From the NCBI GenBank assembly GCA_035315345.1, contig DATFYA010000187.1, positions 3,436 to 67,435 of the forward strand: a stretch of 64,000 bases of DNA, given 5' to 3'. The position numbers and the translations under genes are program-made. The stretch comes from Candidatus Methylomirabilota bacterium (GTDB taxonomy: Bacteria > Methylomirabilota > Methylomirabilia > Rokubacteriales > CSP1-6). The notes beneath the pieces are model-generated. The model was not told where the DNA came from, searched no databases, and saw only the letters and a program-made list of their open reading frames with translations. Positions within the stretch are counted from its first letter, which is position 1. The number at the start of each line of letters is the position of its first letter. Below are positions 47,680 through 57,187 of the stretch, one piece after another.

Positions 47680-48370
47680 GGATGTCGGCGTACGCTACGG
47701 ACGCACCCGCGCGCTGGACGGCGTCAGCCTCACCGTGAGCGCCGCCGAGTTCGTGTGCCTCATCGGGGCCAACGGGGCGGGGAAGACGACCACGCTCAAG
47801 GCCATCTCCGGCCTGGTGCGGGCCGCGGCCGGGCGCATCGTGTTCGATGGGCGCGAGATCCAGCGCCTGGCGCCGCAGGAGATCCTGCGCCGGGGCATCG
47901 CGCATTGCCCGGAGGGCCGCCGGGTCTTTCCGTACATGACGGTGGACGAGAACCTCCAGATGGGCGCCTACGTGCGCACCGATGCCGCGGACGTCGCCCG
48001 CGATCGGGAGCGGGTGTTCGCGCACTTTCCGATCCTGGCCGAGCGGCGCCGGCAGCCGGCCGGGACGCTGTCCGGCGGCGAGCAGCAGATGCTGGCGATC
48101 GGCCGCTGCCTCATGGCGCGCCCGCGCCTCATCCTGTTCGACGAGCCGTCGCTGGGACTGGCGCCGACCGTCACCGAGTCCGTGTTCCAGATCATTTCGG
48201 GCATCCAGCGGGAGGGGACGACCGTGCTGATGGTGGAGCAGAATGCCTACATGGCCCTGCAGCTGGCCGGCCGCGCCTACGTCATGGAGACCGGCCGCAT
48301 CACCCTGGAGGGCCCGGCCCGCGACCTCATGCACAACGACCGCGTCAAGCACGCCTACCTCGGCGGCTGA
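47666..48370 (+). CDS. livF: branched-chain amino acid ABC transporter ATP-binding protein
   Basis: GANGAGKTT, LSGGEQQMLAIGRCL, ILFDEPSLGLAP. Confidence 0.85.
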   Translation: MLTLEDVGVRYGRTRALDGVSLTVSAAEFVCLIGANGAGKTTTLKAISGLVRAAAGRIVFDGREIQRLAPQEILRRGIAHCPEGRRVFPYMTVDENLQMGAYVRTDAADVARDRERVFAHFPILAERRRQPAGTLSGGEQQMLAIGRCLMARPRLILFDEPSLGLAPTVTESVFQIISGIQREGTTVLMVEQNAYMALQLAGRAYVMETGRITLEGPARDLMHNDRVKHAYLGG

Positions 48371-48428
48371 CGACACGAACGAACGAACCCGCATGAACCA
48401 CGAACGAATGTCCGCCGATTGGGGGAGT

Positions 48429-48453
48429 GCGGGGGCCATGTCTGGGCCCCCGC
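48429..48453 (+). terminator. candidate stem-loop terminator after livF (no U-tract)
   Basis: GCGGGGGCC-atgtctg-GGCCCCCGC perfect 9-bp GC stem. It lies inside the N-terminal extension of ORF 48419, which supports the later start for the downstream gene. Confidence 0.35.
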
Positions 48454-48475
48454 AGCTGAACAGGGGTCACGGTTG

Positions 48476-50827
48476 ATGGGCGCAAAGTATTTTGGTGCAT
48501 CGGTCAAGCGCAAGGAAGACCCGCGCTACCTGCGCGGCGAAGGCCGCTACGTGGACGACATCAAGCTGCCCGGCATGCTCCACGCCGCCTTCGTGCGCAG
48601 CCCGTACGCGCACGCCCGCATCACCGCGATCCGCCCCGAGGCGGCCCGACGGCTGCCCGGCGTCGCCCACGTGTTCACGTTCGCGGACCTGGAGCGCTGG
48701 ATGAAGCCGCTGCCGCTCTTCGGCGCGATCCCCCCGGGCCTGGCCGCGCGCGTGCAGGTGACGATGAGACAGGTCGGTCAGCTCGCCATGTGCCGGGACG
48801 AGGTGCGGCACGTGGGCGAGATCGTGGCCATGGTGCTGGCGTCGAGCCGCGCGGTCGCCGAGGACGGCTGCGAGCGGGTGGAGGTGGACTACGAGCCGCT
48901 CCCGGTGCTGGCCGACGTGATCACGGCCGGCGAGCCCGGGGCGCCCGTGCTCTATCCCGAGTGGGGCGACAACGTGGCGCTCTCATTCAAGACCGGCTTC
49001 GGCGACGTCGAGGCGGCGCTGCGCCAGGCCGATGCCCGGGTGCGGGAGCGCTTCGTCATCCCGCGCTACGTGGGCATGCCCATCGAGACGCGCGGGGTGG
49101 TCGCGCAATGGGATCAGCGCGACGGCAGCCTCACCACCTGGAACGGCACCCAGGTCGTGCACTTCGTCCAGCAGGGTCTGGTGGCCGCGCTCGGGCTGCC
49201 GCCGAGCCGCGTTCGCGTCATCGCCCCCGACGTCGGGGGCGGCTTCGGCACCAAGGCCAACGGCTATCCGGAGGACCTGCTCATCCCCGCCGCGGCGATC
49301 GCGTCACGCCGGCCGGTGAAGTGGACCGAGGATCGGCGCGAGCACATGATGGGCTCGGCGCACGCGCGCGCGCAGGTGCACGACATCGAGATCGCGGCCC
49401 GCCGTGACGGCACCATGCTGGCGGTGCGCGACCGCATCTGGGTCGATCTGGGGGCCTACAACTCCTGGGGCATCGTGCTGCCGTACAACACGGTCGCCCA
49501 TCTGCTCGGCCCGCATCGCGTCCCCAATCTGGACGTGGAGTGCCGCGGGATCGTGACCACCAAGACGCCCAACGCGCCGTATCGGGGCGCGGGCCGTCCC
49601 GAGACCGTCTTCGCGATGGACCGCATCGTGGACTGCCTGGCCCGCGAGCTGCGCCTGGACCCGGCCGAGCTGCGCCGGCGCAACTACCTTGCCCAGGCCG
49701 ACATGCCCTACGAGCTGAACATCCCGTACCGCGACGGCAATCCGCTCGTGTACGACAGCGGCGACTGCAAGGCCTCGCTCGAGGACGCGCTTCGTGCGGT
49801 CGGCTACGAGGCCCTGCGTGCCGAGCAGGCCCGGCTCCGCGAGCGGGGCATCTACCGCGGCATCGGTCTCTCCGGCTACGTGGAGGGCACCGCGATCGGG
49901 CCCTACGAGGGCGCGACCGTGAAGCTCGACGCCTCGGGTCATGCCACCGTGGCCACCGGCGCGTGCAGCCAGGGCCAGGGCCACGAGACCTCGTTCGCGC
50001 AGATCGCGGCGGACGCGCTGGGCATCCCGCTCGAGTGGGTGACCGTGGTGGGCGGCGACACCGCGGCCATTCCGTTCGGGGTGGGCACGTTTGCCTCGCG
50101 CAGCGCGGTGAACGCGGGCAGCTCGATCCACGAGGCGTCGGGCCGCGTGCGCGAGAAGATCGTCACCGCGGCGGCCGCCCTGCTCGAGGCCGCGCCCGCC
50201 GACATCGAGGTCGCCGACGGTGTGGTCTCGGTGCGCGGGGCGCCGGGATCGGCCACGCCACTGGCCGGGGTGATCCGGGCCGCGATCCCGACCTTCGCGA
50301 AGCCCGGTGTGGCCTCGCCCGATTTCGAGGCGACGGTCTATCACCATCAGCCCACCGTGACCTACACGAACGCGGTCCACGTGGCGGTGGTGGACGTGGA
50401 TCCGGGCACCGGCGCGGTGAAGCTCCTCCGTTACCTGGTCGCCCACGACTGCGGCAAGCTCATCAATCCGGTGATCGTCGAGGGCCAGATCCACGGGGGC
50501 GTCGCCCAGGGCATCGGCGGCGGGCTGCTCGAGGAGATGGTCTACGACGAGCAGGCCCAGCTCCTCACCGGCACGTTCATGGACTACCTGGTGCCGACCG
50601 CGATGGAAGTGCCCGCCATCGAGACGGTCCACCTCGAGTACCCGTCGCCCCGCAATCCGCTCGGCATCAAGGGCATCGGCGAGGGCGGCGCCATCTCGCC
50701 GCCGGCCGCCATCGCCAACGCGGTGGAGGACGCGCTGTCGCCCTGGGGCGTGCGGGTGACGCGCACGCCGCTGGGCCCGTCGGTCGTGCTCGGGCTGCTG
50801 GAGCGCGCCGGGGCGAAGCCGGCATGA
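48476..50827 (+). CDS. xanthine dehydrogenase family molybdopterin-binding subunit (form II CoxL-like)
   Basis: MGAKYFGASVKRKEDPRYLRGEGRYVDD... with active-site loop PYRGAGRPE (AYRGAGR type, not the form I VAYRCSFR). Confidence 0.8.
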   Translation: MGAKYFGASVKRKEDPRYLRGEGRYVDDIKLPGMLHAAFVRSPYAHARITAIRPEAARRLPGVAHVFTFADLERWMKPLPLFGAIPPGLAARVQVTMRQVGQLAMCRDEVRHVGEIVAMVLASSRAVAEDGCERVEVDYEPLPVLADVITAGEPGAPVLYPEWGDNVALSFKTGFGDVEAALRQADARVRERFVIPRYVGMPIETRGVVAQWDQRDGSLTTWNGTQVVHFVQQGLVAALGLPPSRVRVIAPDVGGGFGTKANGYPEDLLIPAAAIASRRPVKWTEDRREHMMGSAHARAQVHDIEIAARRDGTMLAVRDRIWVDLGAYNSWGIVLPYNTVAHLLGPHRVPNLDVECRGIVTTKTPNAPYRGAGRPETVFAMDRIVDCLARELRLDPAELRRRNYLAQADMPYELNIPYRDGNPLVYDSGDCKASLEDALRAVGYEALRAEQARLRERGIYRGIGLSGYVEGTAIGPYEGATVKLDASGHATVATGACSQGQGHETSFAQIAADALGIPLEWVTVVGGDTAAIPFGVGTFASRSAVNAGSSIHEASGRVREKIVTAAAALLEAAPADIEVADGVVSVRGAPGSATPLAGVIRAAIPTFAKPGVASPDFEATVYHHQPTVTYTNAVHVAVVDVDPGTGAVKLLRYLVAHDCGKLINPVIVEGQIHGGVAQGIGGGLLEEMVYDEQAQLLTGTFMDYLVPTAMEVPAIETVHLEYPSPRNPLGIKGIGEGGAISPPAAIANAVEDALSPWGVRVTRTPLGPSVVLGLLERAGAKPA

Positions 50828-51693
50828 AGGCCGCACCATTCGAGTACGTGGCGCCGGTCACCCTGGACGACGCGGTGGGCGCGCTGGCCGGCGAGGGCGG
50901 GGACGCCAAGGTCCTCGCCGGAGGACAGAGCCTGATCCCGATGCTCGCGCTCCGGCTGGCGCGGCCGACGCTGCTCGTCGACATCAACCACATCGCGGGC
51001 CTCGACGGCCTGCGCGAGTCGTCGGGCACGCTCGAGATCGGCGCGCTCGTGCGGCAGCGCCGTCTCGAGCGCTGGGCCGCGTCGCGCTCCGATCTCTTCG
51101 CCGAGGTGCTGCGCCACGTCGCCCATCCGCCGATCCGCAATCGCGGCACCGTGGTCGGCAACGTGGTCCATGCCGATCCCGCGTCGGAGCTGCCCGCGCT
51201 GCTGCTCTGCCTGGAGGGCGTCGTGGTCGCGCGCGGGCCCCGGGGCGAGCGCACCCTCGCGGCCGATCGGCTCTACCGGGCTCCGTTGACCACCTCACTG
51301 GGCGCCGACGAGGTGGCCACCGCGGTGCGCTTCGCCTTGCCGCCGGCGGGGGCGGGCTGGGGGTTCGCGGAAGTGTCGCGGCGGCACGGCGACTTCGCGC
51401 TGGTCGGCGCCGTCGCGGTTCTGGCCCGCGCGGCCGGCGGGCCGGTCACGCGCGCGCGCCTGGCCTTCTTCGGGGCCGGTGGCACCCCGATGCGGGGCGT
51501 GGCCGCCGAGCGGATCCTGGAAGGCCACGAGCCCACGCCGACCCGGCTCGGTGAGGCCGCGCGGGCGGCGGCGGCCGCGCTGTCGCCGGACGACGACATC
51601 CATGCCACCGCGGCCTACCGGCGGCGGGTGGCCGCGACGCTGGCCGAGCGCACCCTCGCGGCCGCCCTGGCGCGGTGCGGGAGCGGCGCATGA
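50824..51693 (+). CDS. xanthine dehydrogenase family FAD-binding subunit (CoxM-like)
   Basis: [21 protein letters not shown] ... [14 protein letters not shown]-binding motif. Confidence 0.8.
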   Translation: MKAAPFEYVAPVTLDDAVGALAGEGGDAKVLAGGQSLIPMLALRLARPTLLVDINHIAGLDGLRESSGTLEIGALVRQRRLERWAASRSDLFAEVLRHVAHPPIRNRGTVVGNVVHADPASELPALLLCLEGVVVARGPRGERTLAADRLYRAPLTTSLGADEVATAVRFALPPAGAGWGFAEVSRRHGDFALVGAVAVLARAAGGPVTRARLAFFGAGGTPMRGVAAERILEGHEPTPTRLGEAARAAAAALSPDDDIHATAAYRRRVAATLAERTLAAALARCGSGA

Positions 51694-52169
51694 GCCGGAC
51701 GATCCGGTTGACCGTGAACGGCCAGGAGCACGAGCGCGCCGTCGAGCCGCGCACCACCCTGGCCGACTTCCTGAGAGAGGACCTCGAGCTGACCGGCACT
51801 CACGTCGGCTGCGAGCACGGCGTGTGCGGGGCCTGCACGGTGCTGCTCGACGACGAGCCGGTGCGCTCGTGCCTCATGCTCGCGGTGCAGGCCGACTCGC
51901 GGCGCATCACGACCATCGAGGGCGTGGCGCCCGCCGAGGGCCTCCATCCCATCCAGGAGGCGTTCTGGGCCAAGCACGGACTGCAGTGCGGCTACTGCAC
52001 GCCCGGCATCGTCATGAGCGCCTGCGCGTTTCTCCGCGAGCGCCCCGACCCCTCGCCGGAGGAGATCCGCGAGATGCTGGCCGGGCACCTGTGCCGCTGC
52101 ACCGGCTATCACTTCATCGTCGAGGCGATCGAGGCGGCGGCCCGCGCGCTCAGGGCGGCGGACAAGTAG
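51690..52169 (+). CDS. (2Fe-2S)-binding subunit (CoxS-like)
   Basis: [15 protein letters not shown] and CGYCTPG ... CRCTGY cysteine motifs. Confidence 0.85.
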   Translation: MSRTIRLTVNGQEHERAVEPRTTLADFLREDLELTGTHVGCEHGVCGACTVLLDDEPVRSCLMLAVQADSRRITTIEGVAPAEGLHPIQEAFWAKHGLQCGYCTPGIVMSACAFLRERPDPSPEEIREMLAGHLCRCTGYHFIVEAIEAAARALRAADK

Positions 52170-52193
52170 GACGCCATCGGTCGGCCGCGCGGT

Positions 52194-52805
52194 TTACCCG
52201 ACCAGCGACCGCAGGCGCGCCAGGGCGTCGGGGCCGTCGAACTGCAGCGTGCGGAGGCCGATGCGGGCAGCGCCCTCGATGTTGTCGGCGCGGTCGTCGA
52301 CGAAGAGCGCCTGGGGCGGCTCGAGGCCGAGGCGCGCGAGGCAGTGGCGATAGATCCGCGGGTCCGGCTTGGACAGGCCGACCTCGCAGGAGATGACCAC
52401 TGCGTCGAAGAGGCGATCGATCGGTCGCTCGCTCCGCAGCTTTGCCATGACCTCGGGCCCGCTGTTGGACAGGAATGCGGTGCGGCCGCCCCGGGCTCGG
52501 AACCCGGCGGCGAGCGCCCACACCTCGTCGTCGTGGACGAGCCAAGACGCGACATCCTGCTCGATCAGCCAGGCCAGGTCAAGCGCGTCGACGGCGCGGG
52601 CGGAGCCGACTGTGGCGAGCACCCGCTGCCAGTACTCGCGCGCGGGCAGCCCGGCGTCGTACGTCTGGCGATGCTGCCAGTAGGCGGAACGGAGGGTGTC
52701 CGCCGTCGTGCCGATGCGGGCCGCCGCCGGATCGAACCAGCGCTGGTCCTGCGGGCGGCTCAGGACGTTGCCGTAGTCGAGGATCAAGCCGGCCGGACGC
52801 GTCAT
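52194..52805 (-). CDS. HAD family hydrolase
   Basis: LILDYGNVL (DxG-type motif I) ... AFLSNS (motif II) ... [12 protein letters not shown] (motif IV). 203 aa. Confidence 0.7.
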   Translation of the reverse strand: MTRPAGLILDYGNVLSRPQDQRWFDPAAARIGTTADTLRSAYWQHRQTYDAGLPAREYWQRVLATVGSARAVDALDLAWLIEQDVASWLVHDDEVWALAAGFRARGGRTAFLSNSGPEVMAKLRSERPIDRLFDAVVISCEVGLSKPDPRIYRHCLARLGLEPPQALFVDDRADNIEGAARIGLRTLQFDGPDALARLRSLVG

Positions 52806-52861
52806 CGAACTTCCTTGGGGCCCGATGCTACGCGAAGACGCGCCCGGCCGTTCGCTTCGGT

Positions 52862-53332
52862 TTACCGGACCATGATGCCCCCGAAGGAGCCGTAGCCGTC
52901 CTGCCCGTAGCCGGTGCTGAAGCCGCCGGCGCAGGAGCCCACGACCTTCCAGCTGCCGGGCGACGTCATCGCGCGGAGCTCGCCCGCCATGCACATCGTC
53001 GCCATGGAGCGAGGCGGGCCGCCCGGATCTCGCGGCGCCGGCGGCGGCACCATGTTGCGGTACCGGATGAGGCCGGCTTCCGCGTTGACGAGGCGCTCGA
53101 TGGCCTCCCAGCGGCGGGCCTGCCGGATCTGCTCCTCGCTGAGGGCCGGCTTGCCGATGCCCACCGGGCCGATCCACTCGGCCGCGTCCCGATGCGTGGT
53201 GGGGATGTCGATCTTGTACTGGGTGACCCGGGTAACGCCACGGTCGTCGGTGTATCTCCACTGCGCGTCGGCGTGACCGGCCAGCAGCAGAAGACCGGCG
53301 CCGAGCCCGATCGTCATCGCAAATCGCTTCAT
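52862..53332 (-). CDS. secreted hypothetical protein with glycine-rich C-terminus
   Basis: GAGGGAGAGG RBS. Signal peptide MKRFAMTIGLGAGLLLLAGHADA. C-terminal CAGGFSTGYGQDGYGSFGG. Confidence 0.45.
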   Translation of the reverse strand: MKRFAMTIGLGAGLLLLAGHADAQWRYTDDRGVTRVTQYKIDIPTTHRDAAEWIGPVGIGKPALSEEQIRQARRWEAIERLVNAEAGLIRYRNMVPPPAPRDPGGPPRSMATMCMAGELRAMTSPGSWKVVGSCAGGFSTGYGQDGYGSFGGIMVR

Positions 53333-53578
53333 ATCCTCTCCCTCTGAGGGTCGTCTCGACCCGGACTTGTGAAGCGTCTTGACCAGGATGGATGGCAAGA
53401 GGCAGGCCACCCCTGGAGACCTGGTGAATCGGCGCGTTACGCTCAACCCGCAATCATTGCGCCGGGAAGTCTCCCCCTATGCCCAGAAGGGAATTTCCCA
53501 TGTTGGCGACTCGGCCGGTGCCGCGAGGGGGCGTGCTACGATGCGGCGACCGAAATTCTGCACAAGGGGGCGCGAGGG

Positions 53579-54361
53579 GTGTCGAGGCAAGACGAGGTCC
53601 TGGTGACTCGCGACGGGCCGGTGATGACGCTCACGTTCAATCGTCCCGAGGCGCACAACGCGCTCACCTGGAACATGTACGACCGCCTCTACGAGACGTG
53701 TGAAGAAGTCGACCGCGACGATTCGGTACGCGTGCTGGTGCTGCGGGGCGCCGGGGGCAAGGCGTTCGTGGCAGGCACCGACATCAGCCAGTTCCAGGCA
53801 TTCGAGCGGGCCGAGGACGGCATCGCCTACGAGCGCGACGGCGACCGACGCATGGCGCGCCTCGAGGCGGTGCGCAAGCCGGTGATCGCACAGGTCCAGG
53901 GCTTCGCGGTGGGCGGCGGCTTCCGCATCACCACGTGCTGCGATCTCCGTATCGCCACGCCGGAGGCGCGCTTCGGCGCGCCGATCGCCCGCACCCTCGG
54001 CAACTGCCTGTCCATGGCCGCCTACGCACGCTTCGTCGACATGTTCGGCCCCTCGCGCGTGAAGGAATTGCTGTTCACCGCGCGGCTGCTCACCGCGGAG
54101 GAGGCGCACGCGGCGGGCTACGTGCAGGAGATCGTGCCGGCGGACCGGATCGAGGCGCGGGTGGCTACGCTGGCGCGCCAGATCGCCGACCACGCGCCGA
54201 TCACGCTGTGGGTCACCAAGGAATCGATTCGTCGGCTCTCCGCGAGCCGGACGCTGCCCGAGGACGAGGACCTGATCGCCGCCACCTACACCAGCGCCGA
54301 TTTCCGGGAGGGCGTACGCGCCTTTCTCGACAAGCGTCCGCCGCGGTGGACCGGCCGGTGA
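53579..54361 (+). CDS. enoyl-CoA hydratase/isomerase family protein
   Basis: LTFNRPEAHNAL ... VLVLRGAGGKAFVAGTDI ... PVIAQVQGFAVGGGF crotonase motifs. GTG start chosen inside ORF 53369..54361 to give about 261 aa. Confidence 0.7.
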   Translation: MSRQDEVLVTRDGPVMTLTFNRPEAHNALTWNMYDRLYETCEEVDRDDSVRVLVLRGAGGKAFVAGTDISQFQAFERAEDGIAYERDGDRRMARLEAVRKPVIAQVQGFAVGGGFRITTCCDLRIATPEARFGAPIARTLGNCLSMAAYARFVDMFGPSRVKELLFTARLLTAEEAHAAGYVQEIVPADRIEARVATLARQIADHAPITLWVTKESIRRLSASRTLPEDEDLIAATYTSADFREGVRAFLDKRPPRWTGR

Positions 54362-54368
54362 GAGCGCG

Positions 54369-54920
54369 ATGATCCGCGGCGTGCCCGGCCGCACCCCGCG
54401 CGTGCACCCGGAGGCCTACGTGGATCCGGCCGCCCAGGTGATCGGCGACGTGACGATCGACGCGGGGGCCAGCGTGTGGCCGTTCACGGTGCTCCGCGGC
54501 GACCAGGACAACTTCGTCAAGCTCGGCCGCAACTCCAACGTGCAGGACAACTCGGTGCTCCACGTCACCCCCGAGTTCCCGTGCATCGTCGGCGACAACG
54601 TGACGATCGGCCATCGGGCGGTCGTGCACGCGTGCACCGTCATGAGCAACTGCCGCATCGGCATCGGCGCGGTGGTGCTGACCGGGGCGGTCGTGGAGGA
54701 GGGCGCGCAGGTGGGCGCGGGCGCGCTGGTGCCGCCGGGCAAGGTGGTGCCGGCGGGCTGGCTCGTCATGGGCGTGCCGGCCAAGCCGGTGCGGAAGATG
54801 AGCCAGGACGAGCTCGACGACATCCTCCGCAACGCCGTCGAATATCTCGACCTCTGGCACCGCGACTATCGGGGTCAGGTCTTGCATTCCGACATTTCCG
54901 GGTCTGACCCCGGGAGCTGA
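54369..54920 (+). CDS. gamma-class carbonic anhydrase / hexapeptide-repeat (PaaY-YrdA-like) protein
   Basis: VHPEAYVDPAAQVIGDVTIDAGASVWPFTVLRGD ... left-handed beta-helix repeats. C-terminal 16 residues are encoded by the inverted-repeat element. Confidence 0.75.
   Translation: MIRGVPGRTPRVHPEAYVDPAAQVIGDVTIDAGASVWPFTVLRGDQDNFVKLGRNSNVQDNSVLHVTPEFPCIVGDNVTIGHRAVVHACTVMSNCRIGIGAVVLTGAVVEEGAQVGAGALVPPGKVVPAGWLVMGVPAKPVRKMSQDELDDILRNAVEYLDLWHRDYRGQVLHSDISGSDPGS
54871..54913. repeat. short copy of the GGGGTCAGGTCTTGCAT(T/A)CGACATTT element
   Basis: ggggtcaggtcttgcattccgacatttccgggtctgacccc. It matches the left arm of the element at 20907 and ends in a complementary gtctgacccc. It sits between convergent genes. 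Confidence 0.5.
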
Positions 54921-54935
54921 CGTCCTGACCCCCGA

Positions 54936-55724
54936 TCAGGGGACGTTCGGGGTGGCGCCGAGATCGCGGGCGGTCCGGAGATCGGCGGATTGATCGCGCA
55001 GGATCGTGGGGCTCATCACGATCTCCTCGATCACGGTGCGCGCGGGCAGGGTCACGCACAGCAGGATGGCGCGGGCCACGTCCTCGGCCTGCATCATGGT
55101 GGCCCGCGCCGTCTCGTCGGGCACCAGCGGCCGGTTGTCGAGGATCGGCGTGTCCACCTCGGCCGGCATGATGGTGGTGGCGCGGATGCCCTTCTCGCGC
55201 AGCACGGTGTGCACGTGGCCCATCAGGTTGCGGACGCCGGCCTTGGCCGCCCCGTACGGCGCGCCGCCGATGAGCCCGGGCTTCAGCGCGGCCAGCGAGC
55301 TGACCGTGATGATGGTCCCGCCGCCGCGCGCGATCATGCTGGGCAGGACCGCCTGGGTGAGCGCGTAGACGCCGGTCAGGTTCACGTTGACCACGGCGTC
55401 CCACTCGTCCTGGGGCACCCAGCGCACGTTGCGGGCCTTGCTGGAGTGGCCCGCGTTGTTCACCAGCACGTCCACCCGGCCGTACTGGGCCACCGTCCAC
55501 GCGGCGAGCGCGCGCGCCTCCGCAGGCCGCGCCACGTCGCACACGCGGGCCGCCGCGCGGCCGCCCGCCGCGGTGATCTCGCCGGCCACCGCCTCGATCG
55601 GCGCCTTGCGCCGGCCCGACACCACCACCAGCGCCCCCTCGGCCGCCAGCATCAGGGCCGCCGAGCGGCCGATGCCGGTGCCGCCACCCGTCATGATCGC
55701 CACCTGTCCGTCGAGCACTGCCAT
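54936..55724 (-). CDS. SDR family oxidoreductase
   Basis: AIMTGGGTGIGRSAA ... NNAG ... YGAAKAG catalytic YxxxK motif. Confidence 0.8.
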   Translation of the reverse strand: MAVLDGQVAIMTGGGTGIGRSAALMLAAEGALVVVSGRRKAPIEAVAGEITAAGGRAAARVCDVARPAEARALAAWTVAQYGRVDVLVNNAGHSSKARNVRWVPQDEWDAVVNVNLTGVYALTQAVLPSMIARGGGTIITVSSLAALKPGLIGGAPYGAAKAGVRNLMGHVHTVLREKGIRATTIMPAEVDTPILDNRPLVPDETARATMMQAEDVARAILLCVTLPARTVIEEIVMSPTILRDQSADLRTARDLGATPNVP

Positions 55725-55757
55725 GACCCGTCCCTCCCGTGATCTCGAGGCGGCGCC

Positions 55758-56381
55758 TCAGCGCCACGCCCAGACCGGCTGTTCGAAATGGTCCACGCGC
55801 GTGGGCCGCCCGTGCACCACGACCTCGCGCATCTGGTAGAGCACCGCCGCGGTGGGCGCGTGGATGAGCGTGCCGAGCAGCGGTAGCTGGATCACCGGCC
55901 GATCGCTCTCCGGGATGCTGATGAGCCGCGGCACGTCCGGCCCGTCCAGCTCGGCGAGCGGCACGCGATAGATCCCGGCGACCTCGTGCGGGTTGGCCAC
56001 CAGCTCGTGGTCGGGCTCGGCCCACACCACCACCGGGGTGATGATGAAGCCGGAGCGCGTGCCGTAGTCGTCGAGCACCCCGAGCACGGTGCTCTCGTCG
56101 AGGGTCAGGCCGACCTCCTCCTGTAGCTCGCGCAGGGCCGCGCGCTCGGCGGTCTCACCGGTGTCGACCCGTCCACCCGGCAGTGCCCACTGACCGGTAT
56201 GCCGGCGCAGCGTGGCGGCCCGCCGGGTGATGAGGAAGCAGGCGCGGCCCTCCTCGTCGGGCAACAGCACCTCCGCGACCGCCGCGCGCCGGCGCCCGTC
56301 GTCCGGCAGCGCGCGCCGCTCGAAGGCGGCCAGGTGGGCGCGCGCCCGGTCGAGCAGCGCGCTGTCCAGCCGCGCCGGCAC
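55758..56381 (-). CDS. NUDIX hydrolase (CoA pyrophosphatase-like)
   Basis: Nudix box GGRVDTGETAERAALRELQEEVGL. GTG start overlaps the stop of the upstream aldolase gene. Confidence 0.65.
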   Translation of the reverse strand: MPARLDSALLDRARAHLAAFERRALPDDGRRRAAVAEVLLPDEEGRACFLITRRAATLRRHTGQWALPGGRVDTGETAERAALRELQEEVGLTLDESTVLGVLDDYGTRSGFIITPVVVWAEPDHELVANPHEVAGIYRVPLAELDGPDVPRLISIPESDRPVIQLPLLGTLIHAPTAAVLYQMREVVVHGRPTRVDHFEQPVWAWR

Positions 56382-57172
56382 TAGTAGGCCGGCAGCTTCC
56401 CGGTCTTGGTGCCGGTCTTGCGCACGATGCCGACTTCCTCGGCGGCCTTGGCCGCCATGTGCCGGCTGTCGCTGGCGAGGGTCACGAACTGATAGCCCTC
56501 GGCGATCATCTTGAGCGCGTAGGTCGCGGTGGCGTTGTGGATGCCCGCGACCACGTTGTGCCGCTTGCACGCCGCCGCGATCTTCTTCTGGGCGTCCACC
56601 ACCGGGGCGTCGGTCTGGTCGAGCCGGGGCTTCAGCCCCATGGCCAGGCTCAGGTCCGAGGGGCCCACGTAGATGGCGTCCACGCCGTCGACGCTCAGGA
56701 TGTCGTCGAGGTTCTTGAGCGCCTCCGCGGTCTCGATCATCGGCATCACGATGGTCTCGACGTTGGCGTGATCGCCGTAGTCGCCCCCCGCATAGAGGGA
56801 AGCGCGCACCGGTCCCCAGCTCCGGTAGCCGCGGGGCGGATACTTGCACGCGCGCACCATCGCCTCGGCCTCCTGCGGGGTGTTGATCATCGGACAGATG
56901 ACGCCGTAGGCGCCCGCGTCGAGGATCTTCATCAGGCGCGCCGGGTCGTTCCACGGCACCCGGGCCAGCGGCACCACCCCGAGCGTCGAGATGCCCTGCA
57001 GCATGCTCACCGCCACCTGGTAGTCCACCACGCCGTGCTGCATGTCGATGGTGAGCGAGTCGAACCCCTGGTGGGCCATCACCTCGGCCGAGAAGCCGCT
57101 CGGAATGGACAGCCAGCCGTTGACCACCGCCTCACCCCTGCCCCAGATCTTCTTCAGCGCGTTCTCTCTCAT
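56381..57172 (-). CDS. HpcH/HpaI family class II pyruvate aldolase
   Basis: LKKIWGRGEAVVNGWLSIPSGFSAEVMAHQGFDSLTIDMQHG ... GVDAIYVGPSDLS, 263 aa. Confidence 0.8.
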   Translation of the reverse strand: MRENALKKIWGRGEAVVNGWLSIPSGFSAEVMAHQGFDSLTIDMQHGVVDYQVAVSMLQGISTLGVVPLARVPWNDPARLMKILDAGAYGVICPMINTPQEAEAMVRACKYPPRGYRSWGPVRASLYAGGDYGDHANVETIVMPMIETAEALKNLDDILSVDGVDAIYVGPSDLSLAMGLKPRLDQTDAPVVDAQKKIAAACKRHNVVAGIHNATATYALKMIAEGYQFVTLASDSRHMAAKAAEEVGIVRKTGTKTGKLPAY

Positions 57173-57187
57173 GGCTCTCCCGATGGG

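Noticed and set aside
48419-48475. N-terminal extension of the coxL-like ORF (MGECGGHVWAPAAEQGSRL)
   Set aside because: It contains the GC-stem terminator-like hairpin after livF. The conserved N-terminus MGAKYFG starts at 48476.
53369-53578. N-terminal 70 codons of the enoyl-CoA hydratase ORF
   Set aside because: No similarity to crotonase N-termini. The conserved core begins just after GTG 53579 and yields the typical 261-aa length.
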